Below, in pieces: positions 1 to 11,700 of a DNA stretch of 64,000 nt. Both the position numbers and the translations under genes were made by a program. The notes beneath the pieces are model-generated. The model made no database searches. It saw only the letters and a program-made list of their open reading frames with translations, and was not told the origin of the DNA. Source of the stretch: Lysobacteraceae bacterium (GTDB lineage: Bacteria > Pseudomonadota > Gammaproteobacteria > Xanthomonadales > Xanthomonadaceae); NCBI GenBank assembly GCA_031415095.1, contig JANORD010000363.1, positions 1,557 through 65,556 of the forward strand, read 5' to 3'. Each line of letters starts with the position of its first letter. Positions within the stretch are counted from its first letter, which is position 1.

Positions 1-98
1 ACGCGTTGGAAGAGAACACCGTCGCACAATGATCCCGGGCGCGGCCGCGCGCCGGCTGCGCTATCCTTTGCCGGTCGAAACTTAGCGGGAGTGGGCAC

Positions 99-329
99 AT
101 GGGCGGGTTGAGCATCTGGCACTGGGTAGTCGTCCTCGTGGTGGTCGTGCTTGTTTTCGGCACCAAGAAACTCAAGAACGTCGGCAAGGATCTGGGTGAG
201 GGTATCCAGGGCTTCAAGGACGGCCTGAAGGGCAAGGACGAGCCGCCGGCCCAGCTGGGCAGCGAACGCCGCGACGCGCCGCCGTCGGAAACCTCCAGCA
301 AGGTCGACAGCGATCGCAAGGACACCTGA
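99..329 (+). CDS. tatA: Sec-independent translocase subunit TatA
   Basis: MGGLSIWHW...LVFGTKKL single TM plus amphipathic helix; first gene of tatABC. Confidence 0.97.
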   Translation: MGGLSIWHWVVVLVVVVLVFGTKKLKNVGKDLGEGIQGFKDGLKGKDEPPAQLGSERRDAPPSETSSKVDSDRKDT

Positions 330-356
330 GCCCGGCAGCGGGCGCGGGGCGCAGGC

Positions 357-794
357 ATGTTCGATATCGGCTTCAGTGAACTGCTGATGATCGCGGTGGT
401 GGCCCTGCTGGTGCTGGGCCCCGAGCGGCTGCCCAAGGCCGCGCGCTTCGCCGGGCTTTGGGTGCGCAAGGCGCGCGCGCAGTGGTATTCCGTCAAGACC
501 GAGTTCGAGCGCGAAATGGCCGCCGATGAGCTCACCCGCAGCCTGGCCGCGCCGGTGGCCGACCTGCGCCGCGAAATGGACGACGCCGGGAAAGCGCTGA
601 AGGACGCCGCGCTGGACGCCGAGCTGCTGGCGCGCGCTGATGTCGAAGCGGCTGCGGCGGTGCATTTGCCCGCTGAGGATGCCGCTGCTGACGGCGTTGC
701 TGATGGCACGGCTGATGCTGCGGCTGCGGATGCGGCCGACGCCGCTACGGATGCCAAGCCCGCGCCCACGCGCAGCGACCCGCCGCCGCCGTGA
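357..794 (+). CDS. tatB: Sec-independent translocase subunit TatB
   Basis: MFDIGFSELL...VLGPERLP signature; Ala/Asp-rich low-complexity tail. Confidence 0.97.
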   Translation: MFDIGFSELLMIAVVALLVLGPERLPKAARFAGLWVRKARAQWYSVKTEFEREMAADELTRSLAAPVADLRREMDDAGKALKDAALDAELLARADVEAAAAVHLPAEDAAADGVADGTADAAAADAADAATDAKPAPTRSDPPPP

Positions 795-1531
795 CCGGCC
801 GCACCGGCCAGCCCGAAGAAACCCTGATGGGCCACCTGCTGGAGCTGCGCTCGCGGCTGCTCAAGGCCGTGGTGGCGGTGCTGGTGGTGTTCCTTGCGCT
901 GATGCCTTTCGCAAATCGCCTTTACGCCGCATTGGCCGCGCCGCTGTTGGCCCAGCTGCCGGCCGGCGGCCAGCTGGTGGCCATTGACGTGGCCTCGCCG
1001 TTCTTCGCTCCGGTGAAGCTGGCGTTCTTCGCGGCCGTGGTGCTGACGATGCCGGTGCTGCTTTACCAGGCCTGGGCGTTCGTTGCGCCGGGGCTGTACC
1101 AGAATGAAAAACGGCTGGCGCGGCCCCTGCTGTGGGCGGCGGTGCTGCTGTTCTATATCGGCTGCGCGTTCGCTTTCTTCCTGGTGCTGCCGGCAGTGTT
1201 CGGGTTCCTCACCGCCATCACGCCCGCGGGCGTGGCGATGATGACCGACATCAGCCGCTACCTGGATTTCGTGCTGGTCATCTTCCTCGCCTTCGGGCTG
1301 AGCTTCGAAATGCCGGTGGCGGTGGTGGTGCTGGTGCTGCTGGGCGTGGTCACGCCGGCCCAGCTGCGCGAGTTCCGCGGCTACGTGGTGGTGGGCATTT
1401 TCATCCTGGCCGCAGTGATCACGCCGCCGGACGTGGTGTCGCAGCTGATGCTGGCGATTCCGATGTGCCTGCTCTACGAACTGGGCATCCTGGTGTCCTC
1501 GGTGCTGCGCCCCGCCCGCGCCGCGGCCTGA
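791..1531 (+). CDS. tatC: Sec-independent translocase subunit TatC
   Basis: HLLELRSRLL, APGLY, FEMP, ITPPDVVSQ motifs; GTGA overlap with tatB. Confidence 0.97.
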   Translation: MTGRTGQPEETLMGHLLELRSRLLKAVVAVLVVFLALMPFANRLYAALAAPLLAQLPAGGQLVAIDVASPFFAPVKLAFFAAVVLTMPVLLYQAWAFVAPGLYQNEKRLARPLLWAAVLLFYIGCAFAFFLVLPAVFGFLTAITPAGVAMMTDISRYLDFVLVIFLAFGLSFEMPVAVVVLVLLGVVTPAQLREFRGYVVVGIFILAAVITPPDVVSQLMLAIPMCLLYELGILVSSVLRPARAAA

Positions 1532-1535
1532 TCCG

Positions 1536-2228
1536 ATGAACGCGCCGGCTGGCTTTTGGCGCCGCTATGCCGCCTACAGCGTGGACGCACTGGCGCTGTG
1601 CCTGCTCGCCCTGCCGCTGCTGTGGCCACGCTTGCGCGCCGCGCCGGCCGCGCTGTTCGGCGAGTTCGAGCTGCTGCAGCAGCGCATGTGGGAGCTGATG
1701 GACGCCGCGCTCTACAGCGCGAACGATCCCTACACGGCGGCGCTGGGATGGGCCAGCGATCCCGCGCTGCTGGCCGGCCTGGCTGCTATTTCTCGGCAAA
1801 TGCTGGCGCTTTCAGCGGCCATCGCAGCCACCCTGTTCGCACTGGCCGCCGTCTGGTTCATCGCCAGCGAATCGTCGCGCTGGCAAGCCAGCCCCGGCAA
1901 GCGCCTGCTGGGCCTGCGCGTCACCACGCTCGACGGCGCCCGCTGCAGCGTCGGGCGCATCACGCTGCGCTTCTTCGCCGGCATCGCCTCGTGGGCGCTG
2001 TTGAACCTGGGCCATGCGATGGCAGGATGGAACCCCGGCAAGCGCGCGCTGCACGACTACATCGCCGGAACCCGGGTGGAACTGGCGCCCGGCGCGCCGG
2101 CGGCGATGCCCGCAGCCGCGCGCAGCTGGCTGCTGCTACAGGCCGCCGCCGCCTTCGGTGCACTCGCCTTCGTGATGCTGCGCTACCTGCAGCTGCTGCA
2201 GGATGCGCTGGACGCGGGCCGGTACTGA
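1536..2228 (+). CDS. RDD family membrane protein
   Basis: AGFWRRYAAYSVD, SPGKRLLGLRV, ALHDYIAGTRV. Confidence 0.88.
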   Translation: MNAPAGFWRRYAAYSVDALALCLLALPLLWPRLRAAPAALFGEFELLQQRMWELMDAALYSANDPYTAALGWASDPALLAGLAAISRQMLALSAAIAATLFALAAVWFIASESSRWQASPGKRLLGLRVTTLDGARCSVGRITLRFFAGIASWALLNLGHAMAGWNPGKRALHDYIAGTRVELAPGAPAAMPAAARSWLLLQAAAAFGALAFVMLRYLQLLQDALDAGRY

Positions 2229-2239
2229 ACCGCGCTGTT

Positions 2240-3145
2240 TCAGGCGACCAGCGCGTCCTCGGGCACGGCCACCGGCTCGCCGTAGATCGCGCGCCAGGCG
2301 TGGTAGTAGTAGCCAAACGCCACCACGTACATCACCAGCATCACGCCCAGGTAGATCGGCACGCCCACGGCAATGGCCAGGGCCGGGCTCATCGCCGCCA
2401 GCAGGCCCAGCACCAGCGCCGCAAGCACGGCGATGAGGACTGCAGCGATGGAGCCCGCCACGATCGCCGCCAGAGCGATCAGGGTGAACGGCAGCAGGTT
2501 CTTGAGCGTGCCCAGCAGCCCGTCCACGCAGGCGGCCAGCGGCCCGCGCTCATTGAGCGCCGCGCGGGCGAAGGACAGCATGTAGGCGTTTGACAGCACC
2601 AGCATCGCGGCCATGGCGCCCAGGAACCACAGCAGGAAGCTGGGCGGGAAATCCGGCAGGCCGGTCATGTCGGGCTGGCCACCGGGCGGCGTGGCGGCGG
2701 CACGGGTGAACAGCTCAATGAAGAAGTCCTTGCCCGGCAGCAGCGCGAACAGCAGCCCGAACACCAGCATGTAAACCAGCACCACCAACAGCGCGGTCAG
2801 GATCATGCGCAGCGCAAAGCCCGGCGTGCGCAAGCCAGCAAAAATATCCGAAGCCACTGCCGGCTGGCCGCTTTCACAGGCGTGCAGCAGGCGAAACGCC
2901 GAACCGGTGAGGGGCGGCATCAGCAGCAGGCTGACCACGGCGCTGATGCCGTAAACGGTGTACAGCAGCGTCGTCGAACCCGGGAACAGCGTCTGCCCGC
3001 CCAGTTGCAGCAACGATGGCAGGGCCCCCACCAGCAACAGCAGCATGAAGCCGCCAAACAGCGCTTTGGGCTGCTTGCGGCCGACATCCAGCGCCTTCAT
3101 CAGCCAGCCAAAAGGTGCGCCCATGCTTACAGTCCGTGCGGTCAT
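2240..3145 (-). CDS. Multi-pass inner-membrane protein (BPSS1780-like)
   Basis: Hydrophobic helices; start moved to ATG 3145 (MTARTVSMG), which overlaps the upstream gene stop as ATGA. Confidence 0.7.
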   Translation of the reverse strand: MTARTVSMGAPFGWLMKALDVGRKQPKALFGGFMLLLLVGALPSLLQLGGQTLFPGSTTLLYTVYGISAVVSLLLMPPLTGSAFRLLHACESGQPAVASDIFAGLRTPGFALRMILTALLVVLVYMLVFGLLFALLPGKDFFIELFTRAAATPPGGQPDMTGLPDFPPSFLLWFLGAMAAMLVLSNAYMLSFARAALNERGPLAACVDGLLGTLKNLLPFTLIALAAIVAGSIAAVLIAVLAALVLGLLAAMSPALAIAVGVPIYLGVMLVMYVVAFGYYYHAWRAIYGEPVAVPEDALVA

Positions 3146-3876
3146 GCCTTGCCTCCGTTGCGGGCGCGCTGCTGCGCCACGTGGATGAATCGTCGCAGCA
3201 CCCGCCGCGCCATCGGCGCCGGCCGCACTTCGCCCAGCAGGCGTCGGTGGCAGGTGCCTTCGTTTTCCAGCGCGTCCGAACGCGCCTGGATATAGCCCCG
3301 CATCATGCCGGTGCTGAACTCGGGATGGAACTGCAGGCCCCACGTGGCCTCGCCCCAGCGAAACGCCTGGCAGTCGTCGCGCTCCGAACGCGCCAGCACC
3401 TGCGCCTGCGGCGGCGGCACCACCACCGTCTGCAGGTGGGTGGTGTGGGCGGAAAACGGCGCGCCCAGGCCGGCGAACAGCGGGTCTTGCGCGGCGGCAA
3501 GATCGGCCGTAACCGGCACCGTGCCCATCTCGCGGCCGCGCGGGTTGTAGTCCACTTGGCCACCCAGCGCGTGCGCCAGCAGCTGGTGGCCGTAGCAGAT
3601 GCCCAGCAACGCATGGCCCGCCTGCGCGGCATCGCGCAGCCAGTCGGCGCTGCGTTCGCTCCAGTCGGCGCGTTCGGTCACCATCGCGCCCGATCCCGTC
3701 ACCAGCACGCCGGCGAAATCCGCGGCATCGGGCAGCGGCTCACCGTAGAGCACGCGACAGCACCGCATCTGGCGGCCGTGCAGGCCGGCGGCCACGCGGA
3801 TCCAATGGCCGAAGCTGCCGTGCCGGCGCAGGGCCGCGATGGGCGTGCCGGTTTCGAGAATCAGGAAGGGTTTCAT
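3142..3876 (-). CDS. Class I glutamine amidotransferase
   Basis: VTGSG, GICYGHQ nucleophile, QFHPE. Confidence 0.92.
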   Translation of the reverse strand: MKPFLILETGTPIAALRRHGSFGHWIRVAAGLHGRQMRCCRVLYGEPLPDAADFAGVLVTGSGAMVTERADWSERSADWLRDAAQAGHALLGICYGHQLLAHALGGQVDYNPRGREMGTVPVTADLAAAQDPLFAGLGAPFSAHTTHLQTVVVPPPQAQVLARSERDDCQAFRWGEATWGLQFHPEFSTGMMRGYIQARSDALENEGTCHRRLLGEVRPAPMARRVLRRFIHVAQQRARNGGKA

Positions 3877-3944
3877 CAGGCGTAAAGCGAGCCGTGCTGC
3901 GGTTCGTCGCTATACTAACGCGCTTTGGACACGGCGAATTGGCG

Positions 3945-4845
<901 letters not shown>

Positions 4846-4853
<8 letters not shown>

Positions 4854-6924
4854 GTACCTACCCCTGCTGGTTGAAATCGGCACCGAGGAACTGCCACCCA
4901 AGGCGCTACCCGAACTGGCGCAGGCCTTCCACGACGGCGTGCTCAAGGCGCTGGCGGCGCGGCGCATCGCGCTGGGCGACGGCCAGGCTGGCCGCGCGCT
5001 GTATTCGCCGCGGCGGCTGGCGGTGCTGTTGCCCGCCGTGGCCACCCAGCAGCCGGAACAGCACAGCGAGGCGCTGGGCCCGTATCTCAACATCGGCCTG
5101 GACGCCGCCGGCGCACCCACCGCGGCGCTGCTCGGCTTTGCCCAAAAGAATGGCGTGGCGGTGGATCAGCTGGCACGCATCACCGACGCCAAGGGCGAGC
5201 GCTTCGTGGCGCGCAGCCTCCGCGCGGGCGCGCTAACGGCGTCCCTGCTTGGCGAGATCGTCAACGAAGCGGTGAAGGCGCTGCCCATTCCCAAGCCGAT
5301 GCGCTGGGGAAGCCGCGAGGTCGGCTTCGTGCGGCCGATGCACTGGCTGGTGATCCTGTTCGGCAGCGAGGTGGCGCCGGGGGAAGTGCTGGGCTTCAGC
5401 GCCAACCGCATGAGCCGCGGCCACCGCTTCCACCATCCCGCCCCGGTCTGGCTCCACGAGGCCGGCGGCTACGTCGATTCGCTGCGCGCGGCCTGCGTGC
5501 TGGTGGACCCGGACGAGCGCCGCGAGCGCGTCCGCAGCGAAATCGAAACGGCGGCGCGCCAATCCGGCGGCCAGGCGCGGGTGCCTGCGGCGCTGCTGGA
5601 AGAGGTGAATTGCCTGGTGGAATGGCCCAAGGCGATCGCCTGCAGCTTCGAGCCCGGCTTCCTGCGCGTGCCGCAGGAAGCGCTGATCTCGACCATGGAA
5701 AGCAACCAGAAGTTCTTCCCGGTGCTGGCCGCGGACGGCAAGCTCAGCGAGCACTTCATCGGCATCGCCAACCTCGACAGCAAGGATCCCGCGCAGATCC
5801 GCCAAGGATACGAACGCGTTATCCGGCCGCGCTTCGCCGACGCGCAATTTTTCTACGACGAAGATTTGAAGCAGGGGCTGGCGTCCATGGCGCAGGGCCT
5901 GGCCAGCGTCACCTACCAGCAGAAGCTGGGCAGCTACGCCGACAAGACCGCACGCGTGGCCGCGCTGGCGCAGGCCATCGCCGCGCAGGTGGGCGTGGAT
6001 GCCGCCCAGGCGCAGGCCGCAGCCGCGCTGGCCAAGGCCGACCTGCAGAGCCGCATGGTGGGCGAGTTCCCCGAGCTGCAGGGCACCGCCGGCCGCTACT
6101 ACGCCGCCGCCGCGGGCCAGCCCGCCGCCGTTGCCAATGCCATCGACCAGGCCTACCAGCCGCGCTACGCCGGCGACGCCATCGCCGCCTCCCCGCTGGG
6201 CCAGGTGCTGGCCATCGCTGAACGCCTGGACACGCTGGCCGGCGGATTCGCCGCTGGCCTCAAGCCCACCGGCAACAAGGACCCGTTCGCGCTGCGGCGC
6301 AGCGCGTTGGGGCTGGCGCGCACGATCATCGAAGGCGGCCATGAGCTGGACCTGACGGCGCTGCTGGCGACAGCCGCTCGGGCGCTGCCTTCGGGGCTCA
6401 CGCTCGACGCCGCCGAGCTGCAGGACTTCATCACCGACCGACTGCGCGGCTACTACGCCGACCAGGGCGTGCCGGGCGTGCAGTTCGACGCGGTGGCCGA
6501 CGTGCGGCCCGCCTCGCTGCTGGATTTCGACAGCCGCCTGAAGGCGATTGCGGAATTCGCGCGGCTGCCGGAAGCGGCGGCGCTGGCCGCGGCCAACAAG
6601 CGCATCCGCAACATCGTGCGCAAGGTGGAAACCCGCATTCCCGACGCCGTGGACCCGGCCAAATTGGTGGAACCAGCCGAACAGGCGCTGCATGCCGCCC
6701 TCGTGCGCGCACTGGCCGACACCACGCCGCTGCTGGCCGCGCGCGACTACGTGGGCACGCTCAAGAACCTGGCCGCGCTGCAGGCGCCGGTGGACGCGTT
6801 CTTCGCGCACACGATGGTGATGGCCGAAGACGCCGGCCTGCGCGACAACCGGCTCGCCCTGCTGCGGCAGGTAGCCGACCGCTTCGCGGCGGTGGCGGCC
6901 GTCGAACAGCTTTCGGCGGGCTGA
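4846..6924 (+). CDS. glyS: Glycine--tRNA ligase beta subunit
   Basis: [36 protein letters not shown]; start ATG 4846 overlaps glyQ end. Confidence 0.97.
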
Positions 6925-6977
6925 TGGCCCGGCCGCCGCGCACACGCTGCCCCGTGCGCGCGGTTTAAGCTCAGGCC

Positions 6978-8765
6978 ATGCCTATGGCCCCCGCCGCCCT
7001 GCTGCGCCTGCTTGCCCTCGGCCTGCTGCTGGCGGCCGTGGGTGGCACCGCGGCGGCGATGGAGCTGCGGACGGTGAAGGTGGAGGGCCTGAAAGACGAA
7101 GAAATGCGCGACAACGTCGAGGACGCGCTGTCGCTCAACCGCCTCAACCCCAAGCGCCGGCGCAACGTCAGCGACAGCCGGCTGGCCTACCTGCTGCGCC
7201 GGGCGCCGCGCGAAGTGCGCGGGGCGCTCGAGCCCTTCGGCTTCTACGAACCGCAGGTGGAAACCCGATTCATCCGCGACGGCGAAGCCGTGGACGTGAC
7301 GGTGACGGTGGTGCTGGGCGAACCGGTGCGCGTGCACAAGCTGGCCCTGGTGCTCACCGGCGAAGGCGAGGCCGACAGCGTGCTGATGCGGCGGCTGGAG
7401 CGCTTTCGCCCGCGCGAAGGCGAGGTCTTCCATCACGGTATCTACGAAGACAGCAAGTTGGCGATTTCGCGCTCGCTTTCCGACCGCGGCTACTTCGACG
7501 CCGAACTGCTGCGGCACCGCGTGGAAGTGACGCGGGCCCAGCGCCGCGCCGACATCGACCTGGCCTGGACCAGCGGCGCGCGCTACGCGCTGGGCGAGGC
7601 TACGTTCCAAGGCCATCAGTTCCGCCCCGGGCTGCTTGAGAAGCTGGTGCCTTGGACGCCGGGCGATCCGTTCACCCAGGCCAAGCTGCGCACCCTGCAG
7701 ACCTCGCTGGTGAACCTGGACTATTTCAGCACCATCGACATCCGCCCCGAACCGGACGTCTCGCAGGATCTCCAGGTTCCGGTGACGGTGAGCCTGGCGC
7801 CGGGCAAGCGCACCGTGTATTCGGCCGGCCTGCGCTACGGCACCGACACCGGCCTGGGCATCACCGGTGGCATCGACCGGCGCTGGGTGAACGACCGCGG
7901 CCACAAGACCCGCACGCTGGTGAGCCTGGCCGAGCGCCGCAATGACGCCACGGTGCAGTACAAGATTCCTGCCTTTGCCTGGCTCGACGGCTGGTACAGC
8001 CTCAGTGCCAGCCTTCGCGAGGAGAGCGTGGAGTTCATCGACAGCGAGTTGTTCGAGGTGGTGGGCAGCCGCAGCGGCAAGCTCGGGCGCTGGACCTTGA
8101 TTGCCGCGATGAATTTCCGGCGCGAGCGCTACGAGGACTTTTCGACCGGCACTGAACTTGGCTACAGCACGCTGGTGTTCCCGTCGCTGTTGGCACAGTG
8201 GTCGGACGCCGATGGCGAACTGTATCCGCGCAGCGCCAAGGCCCTGCGGGCCGAGATCAGCGGTGGCTCGGATGCCTTGGGTTCGGACATCAACTTCGTG
8301 CAGCTGCGCAGCGAAGTGCGCTGGGTGCTGCCGGCCGGCGAAAGCGACCGCGTGCTGCTGCGCGCCGAAGCCGGCACCACCTCGACCAACGACTTCAGCC
8401 AGTTCCCGCCGTCGCTGCGCTTCTTTGCCGGCGGCGATCGCAGCGTGCGCGGCTACGGCTACAAGGAAATCGGCCGCTTCCTGCTGGATGCCAACGGCCG
8501 GCGCTACGTGTTCGGTGGCAAGCACCTGCTGGTGGCCAGCGCCGAGTACGAGCGCATGTTCACCTCCGACTGGGGCGGCGCGGTGTTCGTGGACGCGGGC
8601 GATGCCTTCGATTCGTTTAACCAAGTGAGCTGGCAAGTGGGCGTTGGCGTCGGCGTGCGCTGGCGCTCGCCGGTGGGCCCGGTGGCGTTGGACATCGCCC
8701 ACGGTTTCGGCGAGAACGCCCAGCAGCAGGTCCGGCTGCATCTCAACATCGGACCCAACCTGTGA
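6978..8765 (+). CDS. tamA: Translocation and assembly module outer-membrane protein TamA (Omp85 family)
   Basis: Signal peptide, POTRA-like region, RFFAGGDRSVRGY, WRSPVGP barrel end. Confidence 0.93.
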   Translation: MPMAPAALLRLLALGLLLAAVGGTAAAMELRTVKVEGLKDEEMRDNVEDALSLNRLNPKRRRNVSDSRLAYLLRRAPREVRGALEPFGFYEPQVETRFIRDGEAVDVTVTVVLGEPVRVHKLALVLTGEGEADSVLMRRLERFRPREGEVFHHGIYEDSKLAISRSLSDRGYFDAELLRHRVEVTRAQRRADIDLAWTSGARYALGEATFQGHQFRPGLLEKLVPWTPGDPFTQAKLRTLQTSLVNLDYFSTIDIRPEPDVSQDLQVPVTVSLAPGKRTVYSAGLRYGTDTGLGITGGIDRRWVNDRGHKTRTLVSLAERRNDATVQYKIPAFAWLDGWYSLSASLREESVEFIDSELFEVVGSRSGKLGRWTLIAAMNFRRERYEDFSTGTELGYSTLVFPSLLAQWSDADGELYPRSAKALRAEISGGSDALGSDINFVQLRSEVRWVLPAGESDRVLLRAEAGTTSTNDFSQFPPSLRFFAGGDRSVRGYGYKEIGRFLLDANGRRYVFGGKHLLVASAEYERMFTSDWGGAVFVDAGDAFDSFNQVSWQVGVGVGVRWRSPVGPVALDIAHGFGENAQQQVRLHLNIGPNL

Positions 8766-11700
8766 ACGCGCGCGCCGATTCGACCGCTGCGGCACCCCGG
8801 CGCAGGCGGCCGCTGCGCTGGTTTGGCGCCGGCACGCTGCTGTTGATGCTGGCGGCCGCCGCATTGCTGGCCTGGCTGCTGGTGACCGCGGGTGGCCGCG
8901 ACCTGCTGCTCGCGCGGCTGCTGGCGGCACTGCCGCCCGGCACCTTGAGCTGGGAGCGGGCCGAGGGCACGGTGCGCGGTCCGCTGGTGCTGCGCGGGGT
9001 CCGCTTCGTCAACGGCGAAATCGAGGTGCGCGCCGACCGCTTGCTGCTGCAGGCCGAGCTGATACCCGCGCTGAGCCGCCGGCTTGAGCTCACCCGCGTC
9101 GAACTGGACAACGTGCGCGTGCAGCTGCCGGCGGCCGACGAGGACATCGAGTTGCCGCGCTGGCCCGAAATCCTGCCGCGGCTGGCGCTGCCGATGCCGG
9201 TGAGCAGCGCCGACACCGTGATCCTCGGGCTCGACATCCGCGAGGGCGAAGAGCCGCTGCTGCAGGCCAGCCGCGTCACCGCGCGCGGCCTGCGGCTGCA
9301 GCAAGAGGGCTTCGCGGTGGACGCGCTGGCCATCAACAGCCAGCAGGGCCGGCTTTCGCTGACGGGCAGCTATGCGCCGGCGCAAAATTTCCGCAGCTCC
9401 CTGTCGGGCCGCTGGACCTGGCCCGCCGAAGCCGACGCCGCCGCGTCGCATGTTCAATTCAGCGCCCAGGGCGATCTGGAGAAGCTGACGCTCGACGTCA
9501 CCGGCAATGCTCCCGGTCCGCTGTCGCTGCAGCTGGCGCTGCAGGGCCAAAGCGAGGCACCCGAGTGGTCGCTGGTGGCCAAGTCACAGGGCCTGCAGCC
9601 GGCGCTGTTCGGCGCCGAGGCGTCCGAGCCTTGGCGGTTCGACCTCACCGCCAACGGTACCGGCGGCAGCGCCCGCGTGCAGGGCGAGGTGGCGCAGGGC
9701 GAGTTCAAGGCGGGCATCGAGCCCTCGCAGCTGTCGCTTGAAGACGGCCGCCTGCGCGCGCAGCCGCTGCGGCTGGTGCTGGAGCAGGGCACCGTGGACA
9801 TCACGGGCCACGCCGAACTCGAGGGTGAGACGCCGCGCTTCGACGTGGTGATCGCCAGCGAGCAGCTGAGTTTGCTGCCCGAAAGCAGCGAGACGGGCAC
9901 CGCTGCCGTGCAGGCCAGCGGGCAGGTGCATGCCACCGGTCAGTTGGCCGACTGGACCGTGGAAGGCGACGCGGTGTTGGTGCGCCTGGGCCAGGAGGCG
10001 CGCGTGATCGTGTCGGGCCGCGGCGACGAAACCCAAATGCAGATTGACCGCCTGCAGGCCGACACGCCCACCGGCGCGCTGGACGGCAGCGGCACGCTGC
10101 GCTGGTCGCCCGCGCTGGCGCTGAGCCTGGAGGCCCGGCTGGATGGCTTTGATCCGGGCTATTTCCTGCCCGACTACCCTGGCGCCGTAAATGGCCAATT
10201 GCGGCTGCTGGCCGAACGCAGAGAAGGCGGCGTATGGAGCGGCGAAGCGCAGCTGGACGGATTGGGTGGCCAGCTGCGGCAGCGGGCGCTGGGCGGTCGT
10301 GCCCAGGCCCGCTGGGATGGCAGCAGCGGCAGCGGCGATGCGGCGCTGCGCATCGGCGAAAGCCGGATCACGGCTAGCGGGCGCTTTGGCGCGCGCTACG
10401 ACCTGCAGGCGCGCTTCGCGCCGCTGCGGCTGCCCGACGTGATGGCCGGCGCCAGTGGCCAGCTCGAGGGCACGCTGGCCGTGCGTGGCCCGGCCAGCGC
10501 GCTGGACTACACGTTCGACCTGGTCGGCCAGGACCTGGACTGGAACGGCAGCGTGGCGCAGGCGCTGCAGCTCGCCGGCACGCTGCCCGCGCGCGGTAGC
10601 GCGGGCCGTTTCCGGCTGCAGGCCCAGGGCGTGCAGGCCGGCGGCATTGCGCTGGAAGCGCTGGACCTGCGCGGCCAGGGCAGCCAGGCGGCGCTGGATT
10701 TCGAACTGGCCACGAACAGCACGCAGGCCAAGCTCGCGACCAGCGGCCGCATTGGTCGCCGCGGGGCCAACTGGGACGGCCGCATCGCCGCGCTTGAGCT
10801 CACGGCCGAACCCGGCCCCACCCTGCGCCTGCAGGAGAGCGCCAGCTTCCGCTTCGGTCCGCGCGTGGTTCAGCTAGACCGCAGCTGCCTGGTGGCCGAA
10901 GGCGTCGAAGGCCGTCTGTGCCTTAGCGCCACCGGGACAACGCTGCAGGCCACGGGCGAAGCGCTGCCGCTGGCGCTGGCGCAACCGTGGCTGCCTACCG
11001 ACGAAGCGGCGCCGTTGTTCATCTACGGCGCGGTGGACCTGGATGCACAGCTGCAGCAGGGCCGCGATGGCCGCTGGCGCGGCGAGGGTGAGCTGCGCTC
11101 GGCCAGCGGCGGCCTGCGCCTGGACTTGGAGTCCGATCGCGAGGTGTTCGGCTACCGCGACCTGCTGCTCAAGCTCACGCTGGCCGGCGACGCCATCAGC
11201 GCGCAGCTCAATGCCGCGCTTCCCGACGACGGCCGGATCGCGGCCACGCTGCGCACCGGCCTGGCCGCCACGTCGCCGCTGGAGGGCACGCTGCAGCTGG
11301 ACGTGCGCGACCTCACTTGGCTGGAGCTTTTTTCGCAAGACATCGCCGACCCTGCCGGCAAGCTCCAGGGCCAACTGACCCTGGGTGGCACCCGCGCAGC
11401 GCCCACCGTGGCGGGCCAGGCGCGGCTGGTGGAGTTCACCGCCGAACTGCCCGGCTTGGGCCTGAAGCTGCGCGAAGGCGAGTTCATGCTGCTGGGCAGC
11501 GTGGACGGCAGCGCGCGCCTGGAGGGCAGCGTGCGCTCGGGCGACGGCGTGCTGCGGCTCGACGGCAGCCTGAATTTCCGCGACGACACCGCACCGCTGC
11601 AGCTGGTGCTGCGCGGCGAGAACGTCACCGTGGCCAGCACGGCGGCCTTTTACGCCGTGGCCAGCCCGGACCTGACCCTGCGCTTCGTCGACGGCCTGAT

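Noticed and set aside
655-750. GCTGATG-like repeats in tatB
   Set aside because: Ordinary Ala/Asp low-complexity tail of TatB
5233-8930. Long antisense ORFs (570 and 727 aa) and similar ones at 12913, 20584, 41006, 51753 and 55986
   Set aside because: Shadow frames of high-GC genes with clear products on the other strand; no motifs
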